DNA from: an uncultured Candidatus Saccharibacteria bacterium
GTDB lineage: Bacteria; Patescibacteriota; Dojkabacteria; SC72
Direction of reading: 5' to 3'
Assembly (NCBI GenBank): GCA_964514595.1
Contig: CAZEQZ010000001.1
Span: forward strand, 107,914 to 171,913
DNA length: 64,000 bases
This document shows, one piece after another, positions 43,978 to 54,097 of the stretch. Position numbers and translations under genes: made by a program. Each line of letters begins with the position of its first letter. Within the stretch, counting starts at the first letter, position 1. A model generated the notes under the pieces. It had not been told where the DNA came from. It did no database searches and saw only the letters and a program-made list of their open reading frames with translations.

Positions 43978-45597
43978 ATGAATAAAGAGATTCAATCTAA
44001 TAGTAAGAACCCGTATAAACCCACTGATAGAGATGGAGGTTTTCCAGTTAATATGCCGTATTGGAAAAGAAGAATATTTGAAACTATTCCTGGTTTATTA
44101 ATATGGACATTCCTTCTTCTTCCTGTAATATTCGCTTTATTAAGATGGAATACTGGAATGGTTGTATACATATCCTTTTTGGTTGCATATTGGCTGTACC
44201 GAACAATTAAATTTGTTCTTGGGGACTACGTAGGTATTCGAAGGATGCAAGATGAGACTACCAAGGACTGGGTCGGGATGATTAAAGAGTTAGATTCTCC
44301 TAAATTAAAAGATTTAAGATACATATACCTATGCCCCGTATATTCAGAAAGTATGGAAGTGCTAGAACCATCATTTGAAGCATGGGCAAACAGTGATATA
44401 GGAGCAGAGAGAATAGATGTAGTTATGGCCATGGAGGAGAAGAAAAAAGATTTTCAAGTGGAAAACTTTAATAAACTTAAGGAAAAGTACGGGCATAAAT
44501 TTGGAAGTATGCAGTATTATGTACATCCTTCAGGTATACCAGGGGAGATAGCAGGAGTTAAGGGCGCAAATATTAATTGGGCGGCAAGACATTATGTAAA
44601 AGAGTTGGAAGAAAAGGGGGAGGATCTTGGAAACTATCTTTTAATAACCTGTGATTCCGATCTTAGACCTCATCCAAAGTATCTTTCTGCAGTTACCTAT
44701 AAATATCTAACTTCGGAAGATCCAGAGAAAACATTCTATGCTTCTGCGATACACACATTCAATAACAATATATGGAATGTTCCTCCCATGATTAGAACTC
44801 AATCCCATATGCTAACCTTAGTAATTTTGCATATGTGGGTGTGGCATAGATTCATAAGGATACCCTTCTTTGGAGAGAATGTGTATGTTAGAGAGACGTT
44901 CTCTTCATATATAGTTAACCTTAAAACATTAAAAGACATTGAATTCTGGGATCCTGAGATTCCAAATGATGATACTGCCTTCTATTGGAATTCACTTCTT
45001 AGATCAAAAGGAAATTTTAAAAGCCAAGAGGTATATGTTCCCACATATAATGATGCCGTAGAGAATGAGAATTTTGTTAAATCCCATGTATCCTTCTATA
45101 AACAGCAGTACAGATGGGGATGGGGAACTATAACCTTCCCAATATCTTTAGCAGTACTTTGGGAAGATAAAGAAAATTTTCCTTTGCGTAGGAAAATAGT
45201 AATGCTCAAAATGATGTTCGAATACCTTTGGCTTCTTTCGGTTGTTTTTGTACTCACCTTTGGATTAAATATAATGGGATGGTTAAATCCGGAGTACCAA
45301 TTCTCTGTATTCTGGTACAATCTTCCTAAGATTCTTAGTTATATCTTCACTCTAGTAATGCTATCTAATATCCCCATTGTGATATTTAGGAGAAAAATCA
45401 CACCTGTACCACAAGGCTGGAAGTGGTGGAGGCATGTATTAGATTTCTTGGAAACATACCTTATAACGGTAAATATGCTCACATTTTCCTTCATCCCGTA
45501 TGTTCAAGCTATGACGGAAATGATGCTGGGTTTGGGTAAATTTAAAAGAAATTTCTACGTCACTGATAAGGTAAGGATTAAGGAGAAGGAGAGTTAA
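43978..45597 (+). CDS. Membrane-embedded processive family-2 glycosyltransferase-like protein.
   Basis: N- and C-terminal TM helices, LITCDSDLRP (D-x-D-like), and YKQQYRWGWG (the QxxRW motif of processive GT2 enzymes). Confidence 0.5.
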   Translation: MNKEIQSNSKNPYKPTDRDGGFPVNMPYWKRRIFETIPGLLIWTFLLLPVIFALLRWNTGMVVYISFLVAYWLYRTIKFVLGDYVGIRRMQDETTKDWVGMIKELDSPKLKDLRYIYLCPVYSESMEVLEPSFEAWANSDIGAERIDVVMAMEEKKKDFQVENFNKLKEKYGHKFGSMQYYVHPSGIPGEIAGVKGANINWAARHYVKELEEKGEDLGNYLLITCDSDLRPHPKYLSAVTYKYLTSEDPEKTFYASAIHTFNNNIWNVPPMIRTQSHMLTLVILHMWVWHRFIRIPFFGENVYVRETFSSYIVNLKTLKDIEFWDPEIPNDDTAFYWNSLLRSKGNFKSQEVYVPTYNDAVENENFVKSHVSFYKQQYRWGWGTITFPISLAVLWEDKENFPLRRKIVMLKMMFEYLWLLSVVFVLTFGLNIMGWLNPEYQFSVFWYNLPKILSYIFTLVMLSNIPIVIFRRKITPVPQGWKWWRHVLDFLETYLITVNMLTFSFIPYVQAMTEMMLGLGKFKRNFYVTDKVRIKEKES

Positions 45598-45654
45598 TCT
45601 AGATTTAATAACTACTTAGTAAAATATGTTTAATAATCTTTAAACATATATACT

Positions 45655-46776
45655 ATGATTCTCATTCTATTTTTTCTTCTTCTACTAATATCTCCTGTAT
45701 ACTCTGACGACTTCAACGTATCAGGTGACGGAGCATTAAACGAATACTATCAAACAACAGCAATTACGGTTAGTTATTTTCCTGACCACTATGAATATGA
45801 GAAAGGCATAACATATGATTTAAGTGAAATATACGGTTTGGACACATATGATGTACTTAACGACTACTCAATAGGAGGGCTAACTACTATGTGGTATTCA
45901 AGAAGAGTGCCAAATGTAGTTGACAGGGTAGCAGGACCTCCAGGAACTGTAATAGACATCCTGTATCTCTATTTCAATGATACTAAACATGATGTAGATA
46001 TTTCTAAGATAGTAATACCTTTTAGTAGGAATATTCCTAGTATGGGAAATTGGAATAATATTGTGACACACTTTTCAAATACAGCAATATTTAGGAGTAT
46101 AGATGTCAGTTTTGATAATAAGGTTATAAGAAAGGAGGGAATGTTGAAAAAGTACGAGGGCTTAGGTTTGGTAGCTAATGGTGCTATGGGATCAAGAATT
46201 TTAGACACCATTATGATATCCAATCCTTTGGAGGTTGTAAGTACTCAAATTCAGGAGTTAGATGGATATCTAAATATCCAAATCTTAATCAGGAATAATA
46301 GCACAGAGAAATTAAATGACATTATCTTTGAGCATGAGGAGTATGTTGAAGTTTTCACATTACTTCCTGCAGACGAAATATTTCTTGAATATAATTTAGA
46401 AAAAAAGGAAGATCTAGGATACTACAGAATAACTAATCCTAATACTAAAACAGAGTGTGTTATATATGGTAGTAACTACTATAATTGGTTGCAACCCAAC
46501 GCAGTTACAGTTCTAGCATATAGAGAGGATGGAGGATGGATAAATGGAGCTCACGTACAACCTGTAGGGGAGAGTTTCTGTATAACTAGACTTCCATACA
46601 GTACAACCTCTTCCGTTCTTAAGTATGAAAAGCAAACGGTTGGTGATAATATATTAGAGACCGAGGAAGTCATAGCCAAAGAGGAGGGTAGTACAAATGA
46701 ACTAAATAATGTATTAGGAGTAGATTCTACTACAGGTATGTCCCTTCCTAAAACAGCTAAGAAAATATATTATTAA
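45655..46776 (+). CDS. Hypothetical secreted protein (373 aa).
   Basis: Signal peptide MILILFFLLLLISPVYS. No recognised domain. Confidence 0.35.
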   Translation: MILILFFLLLLISPVYSDDFNVSGDGALNEYYQTTAITVSYFPDHYEYEKGITYDLSEIYGLDTYDVLNDYSIGGLTTMWYSRRVPNVVDRVAGPPGTVIDILYLYFNDTKHDVDISKIVIPFSRNIPSMGNWNNIVTHFSNTAIFRSIDVSFDNKVIRKEGMLKKYEGLGLVANGAMGSRILDTIMISNPLEVVSTQIQELDGYLNIQILIRNNSTEKLNDIIFEHEEYVEVFTLLPADEIFLEYNLEKKEDLGYYRITNPNTKTECVIYGSNYYNWLQPNAVTVLAYREDGGWINGAHVQPVGESFCITRLPYSTTSSVLKYEKQTVGDNILETEEVIAKEEGSTNELNNVLGVDSTTGMSLPKTAKKIYY

Positions 46777-46782
46777 AAAGGT

Positions 46783-48210
46783 ATGAAGATAAAGATTAAA
46801 TTGCCAGAATATGTACAAAAAGTAGCAAGGATCCTTATTAAAGAAGGCTATGATTGCTATTTAGTAGGTGGTGCCTTAAGGGATATTGTGATGGATAAGG
46901 TGCCGCATGATTATGATTTGGCAACTAATGCACTGCCAGATGAAATGTTAAATATGTTTCCAAAATCAGTATCAACAGGAGCTAAATTTGGTACAGTTAT
47001 GGCCCTAATTCAGGATAATCATGGAGAAACACATGAGGTTGAAGTTACAACCTTCAGGAGTGAATCTGGCTATGTGGATGGTAGATGGCCTAGTGATGTT
47101 AAGTTTGTGCAGGATATAGATAAGGATCTTGGGAGAAGAGATTTCACATTTAATGCAATGGCATTAGATCTGTCACAGTTGGATTTGGATGGTTCTTCAG
47201 AAGAACAAGAAGCTGAGGTATACGATCCCTTTGATGGTGTTGGGGATATAGAAAAAAAGATAGTTAAGGCTGTGGGTACTCCCATAGAAAGATTTAAAGA
47301 GGATGGTTTAAGAGCATTTAAGGCGTGTAGAGTGGCTTCACAATTAGGTTTTGAGATAGAAGAGGAGACATTTAAGGCTATAAAGGAATCTATACCAGTA
47401 GCATCCCAAATATCAATGGAGAGGATAAGGGACGAATTTATGAAAATGCTTCTTAATTCATCTAAGCCATCTGTAGGTATTGATCTAATGAGGGAGAGTG
47501 GTCTTCTTAATATCTTTATGCCAGAACTATTAGAGGGTTTAGATGTTGAGCAGAAGCTATATCATGCTCATGATGTATACTGGCATGCACTTAAGACATG
47601 TGATGTGGCACATGATAGTGTCAAATTAGCTGCACTACTTCATGACATAGCAAAACCTAGAACTGATATGGGGAATGGTCATTTCTATGGACATGATAAG
47701 ATGGGGTCTGAGATAGCAGAAAAAATAATGAAAAGGATGAAATTCTCGCAGAGTGAGATTAATAGGGTGAAGGTATTGATAGAGAATCACATGTTCTACT
47801 ACCCTCACATACAGGAAGATATGACAGATGAAGAGAAAGAGAATATAGAGATGCATAAATGGTCAGATTCTGCTGTTAGAAGATTTATACAAAGAGTAGG
47901 AGAGGAGAATATAGATGATCTGTTTAAATTAAGAATGGCAGATGCTCAATCCAACCCTTCTACAGCATTTAAGCCAGATGAGATAACCATACTACAAAAC
48001 AGGATATCTGAGGTCAGAAGACAGGATATGGCATTAAAGGTAACGGATTTAGATATAACAGGGGAGGATTTAATGAAGATTGGTATTAAGAAAGGTCCTC
48101 AGTTAGGTACAGTATTAAAGGAACTTTTAGAGATGGTATTGGATGATCCGTTATTAAATAAGAAGGAAGAATTACTTAGAAAAGCTAAAGAGATAGCTAA
48201 ATTAGAATAG
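46783..48210 (+). CDS. cca: tRNA nucleotidyltransferase (CCA-adding enzyme) with an HD domain.
   Basis: LVGGALRDIVMDKVPHDYDLATNALP Pol-beta NTase head, and an HD motif (LLHDIAKP). Confidence 0.7.
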   Translation: MKIKIKLPEYVQKVARILIKEGYDCYLVGGALRDIVMDKVPHDYDLATNALPDEMLNMFPKSVSTGAKFGTVMALIQDNHGETHEVEVTTFRSESGYVDGRWPSDVKFVQDIDKDLGRRDFTFNAMALDLSQLDLDGSSEEQEAEVYDPFDGVGDIEKKIVKAVGTPIERFKEDGLRAFKACRVASQLGFEIEEETFKAIKESIPVASQISMERIRDEFMKMLLNSSKPSVGIDLMRESGLLNIFMPELLEGLDVEQKLYHAHDVYWHALKTCDVAHDSVKLAALLHDIAKPRTDMGNGHFYGHDKMGSEIAEKIMKRMKFSQSEINRVKVLIENHMFYYPHIQEDMTDEEKENIEMHKWSDSAVRRFIQRVGEENIDDLFKLRMADAQSNPSTAFKPDEITILQNRISEVRRQDMALKVTDLDITGEDLMKIGIKKGPQLGTVLKELLEMVLDDPLLNKKEELLRKAKEIAKLE

Positions 48211-48279
48211 AGGGTTGTCTTTCTCTATCCTCTTCCATTATCATATATACATACATTACTTAAAAACAGTACTGCCTTA

Positions 48280-49686
48280 ATGAAAATACAATTTCTAGGT
48301 GCATCTAAAACAGTCACAGGTTCATGCTTCTATGTTGAAACAGATAATATTAAGTTTTTAGTAGAGTGTGGTGCGTTTCAAGGACCAGAAGAATTAGAAT
48401 TAAAAAACTATGAACCATTTCCATTTAATCCTGCTGATTTAGACTTTGTATTTCTCACCCATGCTCATTTTGATCATAGTGGAAGAATACCTGTGTTAGT
48501 TAAACAGGGGTTTAAGGGAAGAATAGTATGTACACAACCCACTAGAGATCTAACAAAGATAATTCTTCTTGATTCTGCAAATCTACAAAAAGAAGAGTTT
48601 GAAAGATGGGAAGCCAGACCTAAGGGTTCAAAAGAGGAAGGGAATGCTGAATTAAAGAAACCCCTTTTCACAGAACAGGATGTAGAGGAGAGTATGAAAT
48701 ACTTTGAGGTGTATCCATACGGTAATTCGGTGAACATAACAGATACATGTGAATTTAGAATGAGAGATGCTGGACATATATTGGGTTCTGCAATATTTGA
48801 ATTTTGGTTAAAGAATAATGCGGGAAGGATTAGAAAATTGGTATTCTCAGGAGATTTAGGCCAACCTGGTGCTAGGATAGTTAGAGATCCAGACCTAATA
48901 AGGGAGGCTGATTATGTAATTTGTGAATCGACATACGGTAATAGGCTGCATAAGGATAGAAATGAGACTGTTTTGGAGCTTCTCTCTGCTATTCAGAGTG
49001 CTCAGAAAGCAGGGGGTAATATATTAATTCCCTCTTTTGCCATAGAGAGAACACAGGAAATACTGTATGAGATAAACCTATTTATAGAGAGTCAGATAAT
49101 AAGTGGATTGCCGGTATATCTTGATAGCCCAATGGCATCTAAAGCTACAGAAGTATTCAGGCAGTATCCAGATTTCTATGATGAAGATGCCAAAAGATTG
49201 TTGGAAAAAGGTGATGATCCATTCGATTTCCCCGGGCTACGCAAAGTTGATTCAGCAGAGGAATCAAAAAGATTGGCTGCAAAGAAAGGTATAGCAATAA
49301 TAGCTGGAAGTGGTATGTGTACAGGAGGGAGAATTCTGCATCACCTTAAAAATAATATAGAAGATCCAAGCACTCACTTAGTGATAGTAGGGTATCAGGT
49401 ATATGGGACTTTGGGTAGGAGACTTGTGGATGGTGAGAAAACAGTGAAAATAATGGGAGGAGAGTATCAAAATAATGCAAAACTATATACCTTAGGAGGC
49501 TTTTCTGGACATGGAGACCAAAGAGATTTAAGATATTGGTTAAGAAGCTTTGGACATACACCGAGGACAATATTTTTAGTACATGGAGATGAAAATATTA
49601 TTGATGATTTCGCGAAAAATCTAAAGGAAGAATTCAAGATGGAGATAAAAATTCCTGAGGATGGAGAGATAGTTAAATTAGATTAA
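48280..49686 (+). CDS. Metallo-beta-lactamase / beta-CASP family ribonuclease.
   Basis: LTHAHFDHSG (HxHxDH), the beta-CASP region, and a C-terminal His motif (LVHGD). Confidence 0.7.
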   Translation: MKIQFLGASKTVTGSCFYVETDNIKFLVECGAFQGPEELELKNYEPFPFNPADLDFVFLTHAHFDHSGRIPVLVKQGFKGRIVCTQPTRDLTKIILLDSANLQKEEFERWEARPKGSKEEGNAELKKPLFTEQDVEESMKYFEVYPYGNSVNITDTCEFRMRDAGHILGSAIFEFWLKNNAGRIRKLVFSGDLGQPGARIVRDPDLIREADYVICESTYGNRLHKDRNETVLELLSAIQSAQKAGGNILIPSFAIERTQEILYEINLFIESQIISGLPVYLDSPMASKATEVFRQYPDFYDEDAKRLLEKGDDPFDFPGLRKVDSAEESKRLAAKKGIAIIAGSGMCTGGRILHHLKNNIEDPSTHLVIVGYQVYGTLGRRLVDGEKTVKIMGGEYQNNAKLYTLGGFSGHGDQRDLRYWLRSFGHTPRTIFLVHGDENIIDDFAKNLKEEFKMEIKIPEDGEIVKLD

Positions 49687-49691
49687 ATGAT

Positions 49692-50654
49692 ATGAAAAAT
49701 TACCCAGACATATTGAAAATATATAATGATATACAAAAATTGAACATTCAAGGAGCTACTAATGTAGCTATTGCAACCTTTGAAGGTATGAAATTGTATG
49801 TTGAGCAGAGTAAAGAGAAGGATCCTCAACTGTTTTACAATGAATTACTAGAGATAGCTGATAAATTGGCTAATGCTCGAATGAATGAGCCATTAGCTCG
49901 GAATGGTGTGAAGTTCGTGAAATATTTTTTCAAACAAGATTTTCCTGTTTTACCAGAGATAAATAGTATGAGACGGGAGGTATATGAACTTTGTGATAAA
50001 TATTTGGACATGATTAGTGGTTTTACGGAGGGTGGAAGCAAAAAGAACCTTGTAGAAAAGTGTGCTCCTCTTCTTAGTAATTTTGATAAAATATTTACTC
50101 ACTGTCACTCATCTACGGTGGTTGCATTGATAATAGAGCTATCTAAGGGAGATAAAAATTTTGAAGTAGTATGTACAGAAACAAGACCTCGTTTTCAGGG
50201 TAGAACCACTGCAAAAAATCTTCTTAATGCAGGTGTAAAGACTACATTGATAGCGGATAGTGCAGGGGAATCGTTCATTATAGGTAGGGGATCTGTCCCA
50301 ATAGATGTTGTATTCATAGGGTGTGATCAGATTACAGCAAAGGGTCATGCTATTAACAAAATAGGAAGCTGGGGAATGGGTATGGCGGCACACTATGGTG
50401 GTAAACCTCTGTATGTCATAACACCTCTTCTGAAGATAGATCCTGACTCTTTCCATCACTCAGTACAGATAGAGGTTAGGGAGGATGGTGAGCTTTGGCC
50501 AGATGCACCTAAAGGTTTGCATATGTACAATCCTGCTTTTGAGATTGTTGATAGTATGCTAATAACAGGATATGTGACTGAGTTTGGGATTCTTAAACCT
50601 AGTGATGTAGATAAGGTAGCCCAGGAAAAATATCCATGGCTTTTAGAGAAATAA
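49692..50654 (+). CDS. e2b2: eIF-2B alpha/beta/delta-family isomerase (ribose-1,5-bisphosphate isomerase-like).
   Basis: VCTETRPRFQGR..., GCDQITAKGHAINKIGS, and a Rossmann-like e2B fold pattern. Confidence 0.65.
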   Translation: MKNYPDILKIYNDIQKLNIQGATNVAIATFEGMKLYVEQSKEKDPQLFYNELLEIADKLANARMNEPLARNGVKFVKYFFKQDFPVLPEINSMRREVYELCDKYLDMISGFTEGGSKKNLVEKCAPLLSNFDKIFTHCHSSTVVALIIELSKGDKNFEVVCTETRPRFQGRTTAKNLLNAGVKTTLIADSAGESFIIGRGSVPIDVVFIGCDQITAKGHAINKIGSWGMGMAAHYGGKPLYVITPLLKIDPDSFHHSVQIEVREDGELWPDAPKGLHMYNPAFEIVDSMLITGYVTEFGILKPSDVDKVAQEKYPWLLEK

Positions 50655-50672
50655 TTTAATATATACACAACT

Positions 50673-52184
50673 ATGTCTTTCTACTTAAGAAGCAAAAATT
50701 TAGACCTAGGAGAGGATAATGATTTTAATATTGTTTTAAACCGAAAAGATGCAGAGAGGTTAGGTGTGAGGGAGGGGGAAATAGCTGTAGTGGGTATGGG
50801 GGAGATAGAGCTGTATGCGAATGTAATGGAAACAGACTCTAAGGTCATGGAGGGGGAGATAGGGCTATTTGAAGAGATTTGGAAACAGTATGATATAGAT
50901 AATGGTTATTCTGTATTTGTAGATATTCCAGAGCCAAGTAAATCGTTAGAGGCAATAAGCAAAAAACTCTTGGGTCATGATTTAACTCAACAGGATTTGG
51001 AAATGATAATGAAGGACATAGGATCTAGAAAGTTAAGGGAAACGGAGATAGCATTCTTTGTCTCCACCTTCTTTAACCCTGGTTTTAATGATGCCGAAAT
51101 ATACTGGATGACTAAAGGTATGGCCGAATCAGGGGATATATTAAATTTCAAAGGGATTAGGGGTAATGGAGAGCTAGTTGCAGATAAACATTCGATAGGG
51201 GGTGTAGCAGGAAAAGCGATAACACCAACCTTAGTACCGATACTTGTCGCTGGTGGACTGATAGTCCCAAACACCTCTACAAGAGCTATAACCTCTCCTG
51301 CAGGCACATCAGATATTTTAGAAGTCGTTATGCCAGTAGCTCTTTCAAAGGAGAGGGTGATGGATGTGGTGAAGCAAACTGGTGGGTGTATGTTTTGGGG
51401 AGGATCATTAGAGCTTTCACCTGCAGATGATGTAATCATTAATGTAGAAAGATCCCTTAGAATACAGGAATTCCAAAAGGTATTGGTAAGTATAGTGGCA
51501 AAAAAGATATCTATGGGAGTAACAAATATCTTGATAGATCTCCCATATGGGAAAGGTTCTAAAGTGGAGAGACCTGATGATGTACAGATGCTAGATAGGG
51601 AGTTTAAGAAACTATTTAAGAAATTCAATATAGAGTGTGAAACGATCAAAAGAGTAATAAAGGGTCCAGATGGTAGGAGTGTGGGACCGAATTTGGAGAT
51701 AAGAGAAGCTTTGCGTATATTAGAGAGGGAAGAGCATAAGTGTCAAGAATTGGAAGATGTGATTGTGGAGATGGCTACTAGGATATTTGAAAATACAAAA
51801 GTAGTAGATAGGGGGAAGGGTAAAAAGTTTGCGCAGGAATTGCTAGATTCTGGTAAAGCATTAGATAAGTTTTGGGAGATAGCCTTTGCTCAGGGGGCTG
51901 TAAAGAAGATAAATTCTTCGGAGATTAGGTATGGAAAGATAGAGCACGATTTACTATCTGATAGGGATGGTGTTGTTAAGAGTATCAACAATGTGGAGCT
52001 TGTTGCTGTAGCTAGAGCATTAGGAAATCCTAAAATAAAGGAAGCAGGTTTATATGTGCACAAGATGCCTGGAGAAGAAGTCAAAAAAGGTGATAAGTTG
52101 ATAACAATATATGCAACAACAGAGGGAAGATTAAATAATGGGAAAGGCGTATTAAGTATTGATAAACTATACGATTTCAGGTAA
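50673..52184 (+). CDS. deoA: AMP phosphorylase (thymidine-phosphorylase family).
   Basis: KHSIGGVAGKAITPTLVPILVAGGL, TSTRAITSPAGTSD, and a ~500-aa length with the N-terminal extension typical of AMP phosphorylases. Confidence 0.65.
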   Translation: MSFYLRSKNLDLGEDNDFNIVLNRKDAERLGVREGEIAVVGMGEIELYANVMETDSKVMEGEIGLFEEIWKQYDIDNGYSVFVDIPEPSKSLEAISKKLLGHDLTQQDLEMIMKDIGSRKLRETEIAFFVSTFFNPGFNDAEIYWMTKGMAESGDILNFKGIRGNGELVADKHSIGGVAGKAITPTLVPILVAGGLIVPNTSTRAITSPAGTSDILEVVMPVALSKERVMDVVKQTGGCMFWGGSLELSPADDVIINVERSLRIQEFQKVLVSIVAKKISMGVTNILIDLPYGKGSKVERPDDVQMLDREFKKLFKKFNIECETIKRVIKGPDGRSVGPNLEIREALRILEREEHKCQELEDVIVEMATRIFENTKVVDRGKGKKFAQELLDSGKALDKFWEIAFAQGAVKKINSSEIRYGKIEHDLLSDRDGVVKSINNVELVAVARALGNPKIKEAGLYVHKMPGEEVKKGDKLITIYATTEGRLNNGKGVLSIDKLYDFR

Positions 52185-54026
52185 TTTGCTTTTTCTTCTT
52201 TTCAATTTGGATCTCCTTATTAAATAAGAAAGAAGTGATATTAATAGTATTAGGAAGGCCAATACTATTAGTATAGGTACTGTAATTATTAATGCTTTTC
52301 CTAATGTTGTGGTCTTGAGCATTGTATTTCCAAGTATTCCAATTCCTGGGGATGCATTTTCAGAAATTTCATCTTTTGATATTAAATCAGCATATGATTG
52401 AAGTGTATTCAAATCAACCTCGTCAGTTGCCCCATATATCTTCACAGAGTATCCCTCTGATGTGAGACTCCTAATATCATTTGCAGAATAAATACGGATA
52501 TTGGATAAGGAATCAGTATTAAATACTTCCCATAATACTCGATCTACCATCTGTCCAATCTTCATATTATTACTTTCAAACGTTGGATCCACAGATAGCC
52601 ATCCATACTCGGGTACCCAGACCTGTACCCATTGGTGTCGTACTTGTTCTGAAGGAGGTGTTTCTCTAAGGTTTGCATAACCAATAGCTGCTCTAGATGG
52701 AATACCTTGTGCTCTTAGTAGAGATATCATTAGATCTGCGTACTCCATACAAACAGAAGGACCTCCAAGTAGGGCAGCCTTTGCACCTATTCTCTCATTT
52801 TCTGAAGTAGCTTTCTGTTGATCATACTCTAACTTTTCGTTGATGTATTGATAATTGGATCTGATAATTTCAAGTAAGGTAATTTTGTCCTTCTTTAATT
52901 TATTAGCTTCACTCCTAATCAAATCATCAGTAACTTCCCAGTATTTTGTAGAACCTAAATATCTCTTAATATATTCACTCTCCTTTATCTTCTCTAAATA
53001 CTGAGAAAACTCCACGTCGAAATATTCCCCGTTTTCTCTTAATTCATCCTGATTAACAAGAATGTATCCTGTCATAGTGATAGTACTTTCCTGATTTGCT
53101 GGTACTTCAAATAGGGCCAGAATATTCCCCTCACTATCTCTATATATGTCCTTTGGAAGGGGAGATACATTTTCAAAGTATACCTTTTGGTTAGTTTCCG
53201 AGAATTCTCTAGGTAGGGATAGTTCGTATATATTAGTAGAGAGTGCTTTGAAAACTTCGGAGTATTTCTCGGGTATGAATGAATCCGTTTTAGGTGTTTT
53301 ATATTCCAATTCAAATCTATAAAGAACAGAGGTTCCAAACTCTACAGAAGGAGAGTTGCCAATTCTGTCTGTTTGTTTAAATTCGTAGTATGTTTTTCCA
53401 TCTTTCTCCTGGAGCGTAAATTCTGGAAATACTCTTACTAAAGGAGAGATGTTACTATCTACAACAATACTTAGATAGTAGTTGAATACAGTTAATGTAT
53501 TATTATTTTCCTCTTTTCTGTCAAAAACAGTATCTGTTGGAAGTGATGTGCCAATTATGTTAACGAAATCTCCTACCTTCGCAACATAGTCATGGGTCTG
53601 GAAAGAGAAAACTACCTTATACGGAGCGGTAGGGGTAGTAGTTTTGTAATTAGGTATAGTTACAAAAATCCCTTCGCCTACCTCTTTCTCCTCTATTGAG
53701 TAATTAACCCTTCCTCCCTTTTCATCAGTTACTACGAGTGTGTCTAATTTATACTTTCTTTCTTCGTATATCTCCTCCTCTTTTAAGCCAGAGAGGTCTG
53801 GAATATGAAATATCTTTTCTCCTGATGCAGGAAAATAGTAGCTAGAATTCTTCACGCTTCTTGTGTATTCAGTAGTTACAGTAACATGTCTGTCTCCAGT
53901 CGTATATGATATTTCAGTGTCAGTATCTATGACGAAATCTGCCTCAGATGCATATATATGTGTACCTATTAAGGTTGTGAGGGAAAGAATTGTTATTGAT
54001 AATATTGCTTTTTTAAGAAATTTCAT
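52167..54026 (-). CDS. Extracytoplasmic transglutaminase-like cysteine-protease-fold protein, with an N-terminal signal and a C-terminal TM anchor.
   Basis: Core triad context GGPSVCMEYADLM (Cys), RHQWVQVWVPEYGW (His), LSVDPT (Asp). C-terminus ALIITVPILIVLAFLILLISLLSYLIRRSKLKRRK. Confidence 0.6.
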   Translation of the reverse strand: MKFLKKAILSITILSLTTLIGTHIYASEADFVIDTDTEISYTTGDRHVTVTTEYTRSVKNSSYYFPASGEKIFHIPDLSGLKEEEIYEERKYKLDTLVVTDEKGGRVNYSIEEKEVGEGIFVTIPNYKTTTPTAPYKVVFSFQTHDYVAKVGDFVNIIGTSLPTDTVFDRKEENNNTLTVFNYYLSIVVDSNISPLVRVFPEFTLQEKDGKTYYEFKQTDRIGNSPSVEFGTSVLYRFELEYKTPKTDSFIPEKYSEVFKALSTNIYELSLPREFSETNQKVYFENVSPLPKDIYRDSEGNILALFEVPANQESTITMTGYILVNQDELRENGEYFDVEFSQYLEKIKESEYIKRYLGSTKYWEVTDDLIRSEANKLKKDKITLLEIIRSNYQYINEKLEYDQQKATSENERIGAKAALLGGPSVCMEYADLMISLLRAQGIPSRAAIGYANLRETPPSEQVRHQWVQVWVPEYGWLSVDPTFESNNMKIGQMVDRVLWEVFNTDSLSNIRIYSANDIRSLTSEGYSVKIYGATDEVDLNTLQSYADLISKDEISENASPGIGILGNTMLKTTTLGKALIITVPILIVLAFLILLISLLSYLIRRSKLKRRKSKLPEIV

Positions 54027-54097
54027 CTTCTAGGCAGTTATGTAATTGTAAATAATATCATATATCATCTCTTTAGTTATTATTATATAATCCATCC

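Noticed and set aside
50987-51649. 220-aa minus-strand ORF.
   Set aside because: It is antisense within the AMP phosphorylase gene, and the phosphorylase frame carries the family motifs.
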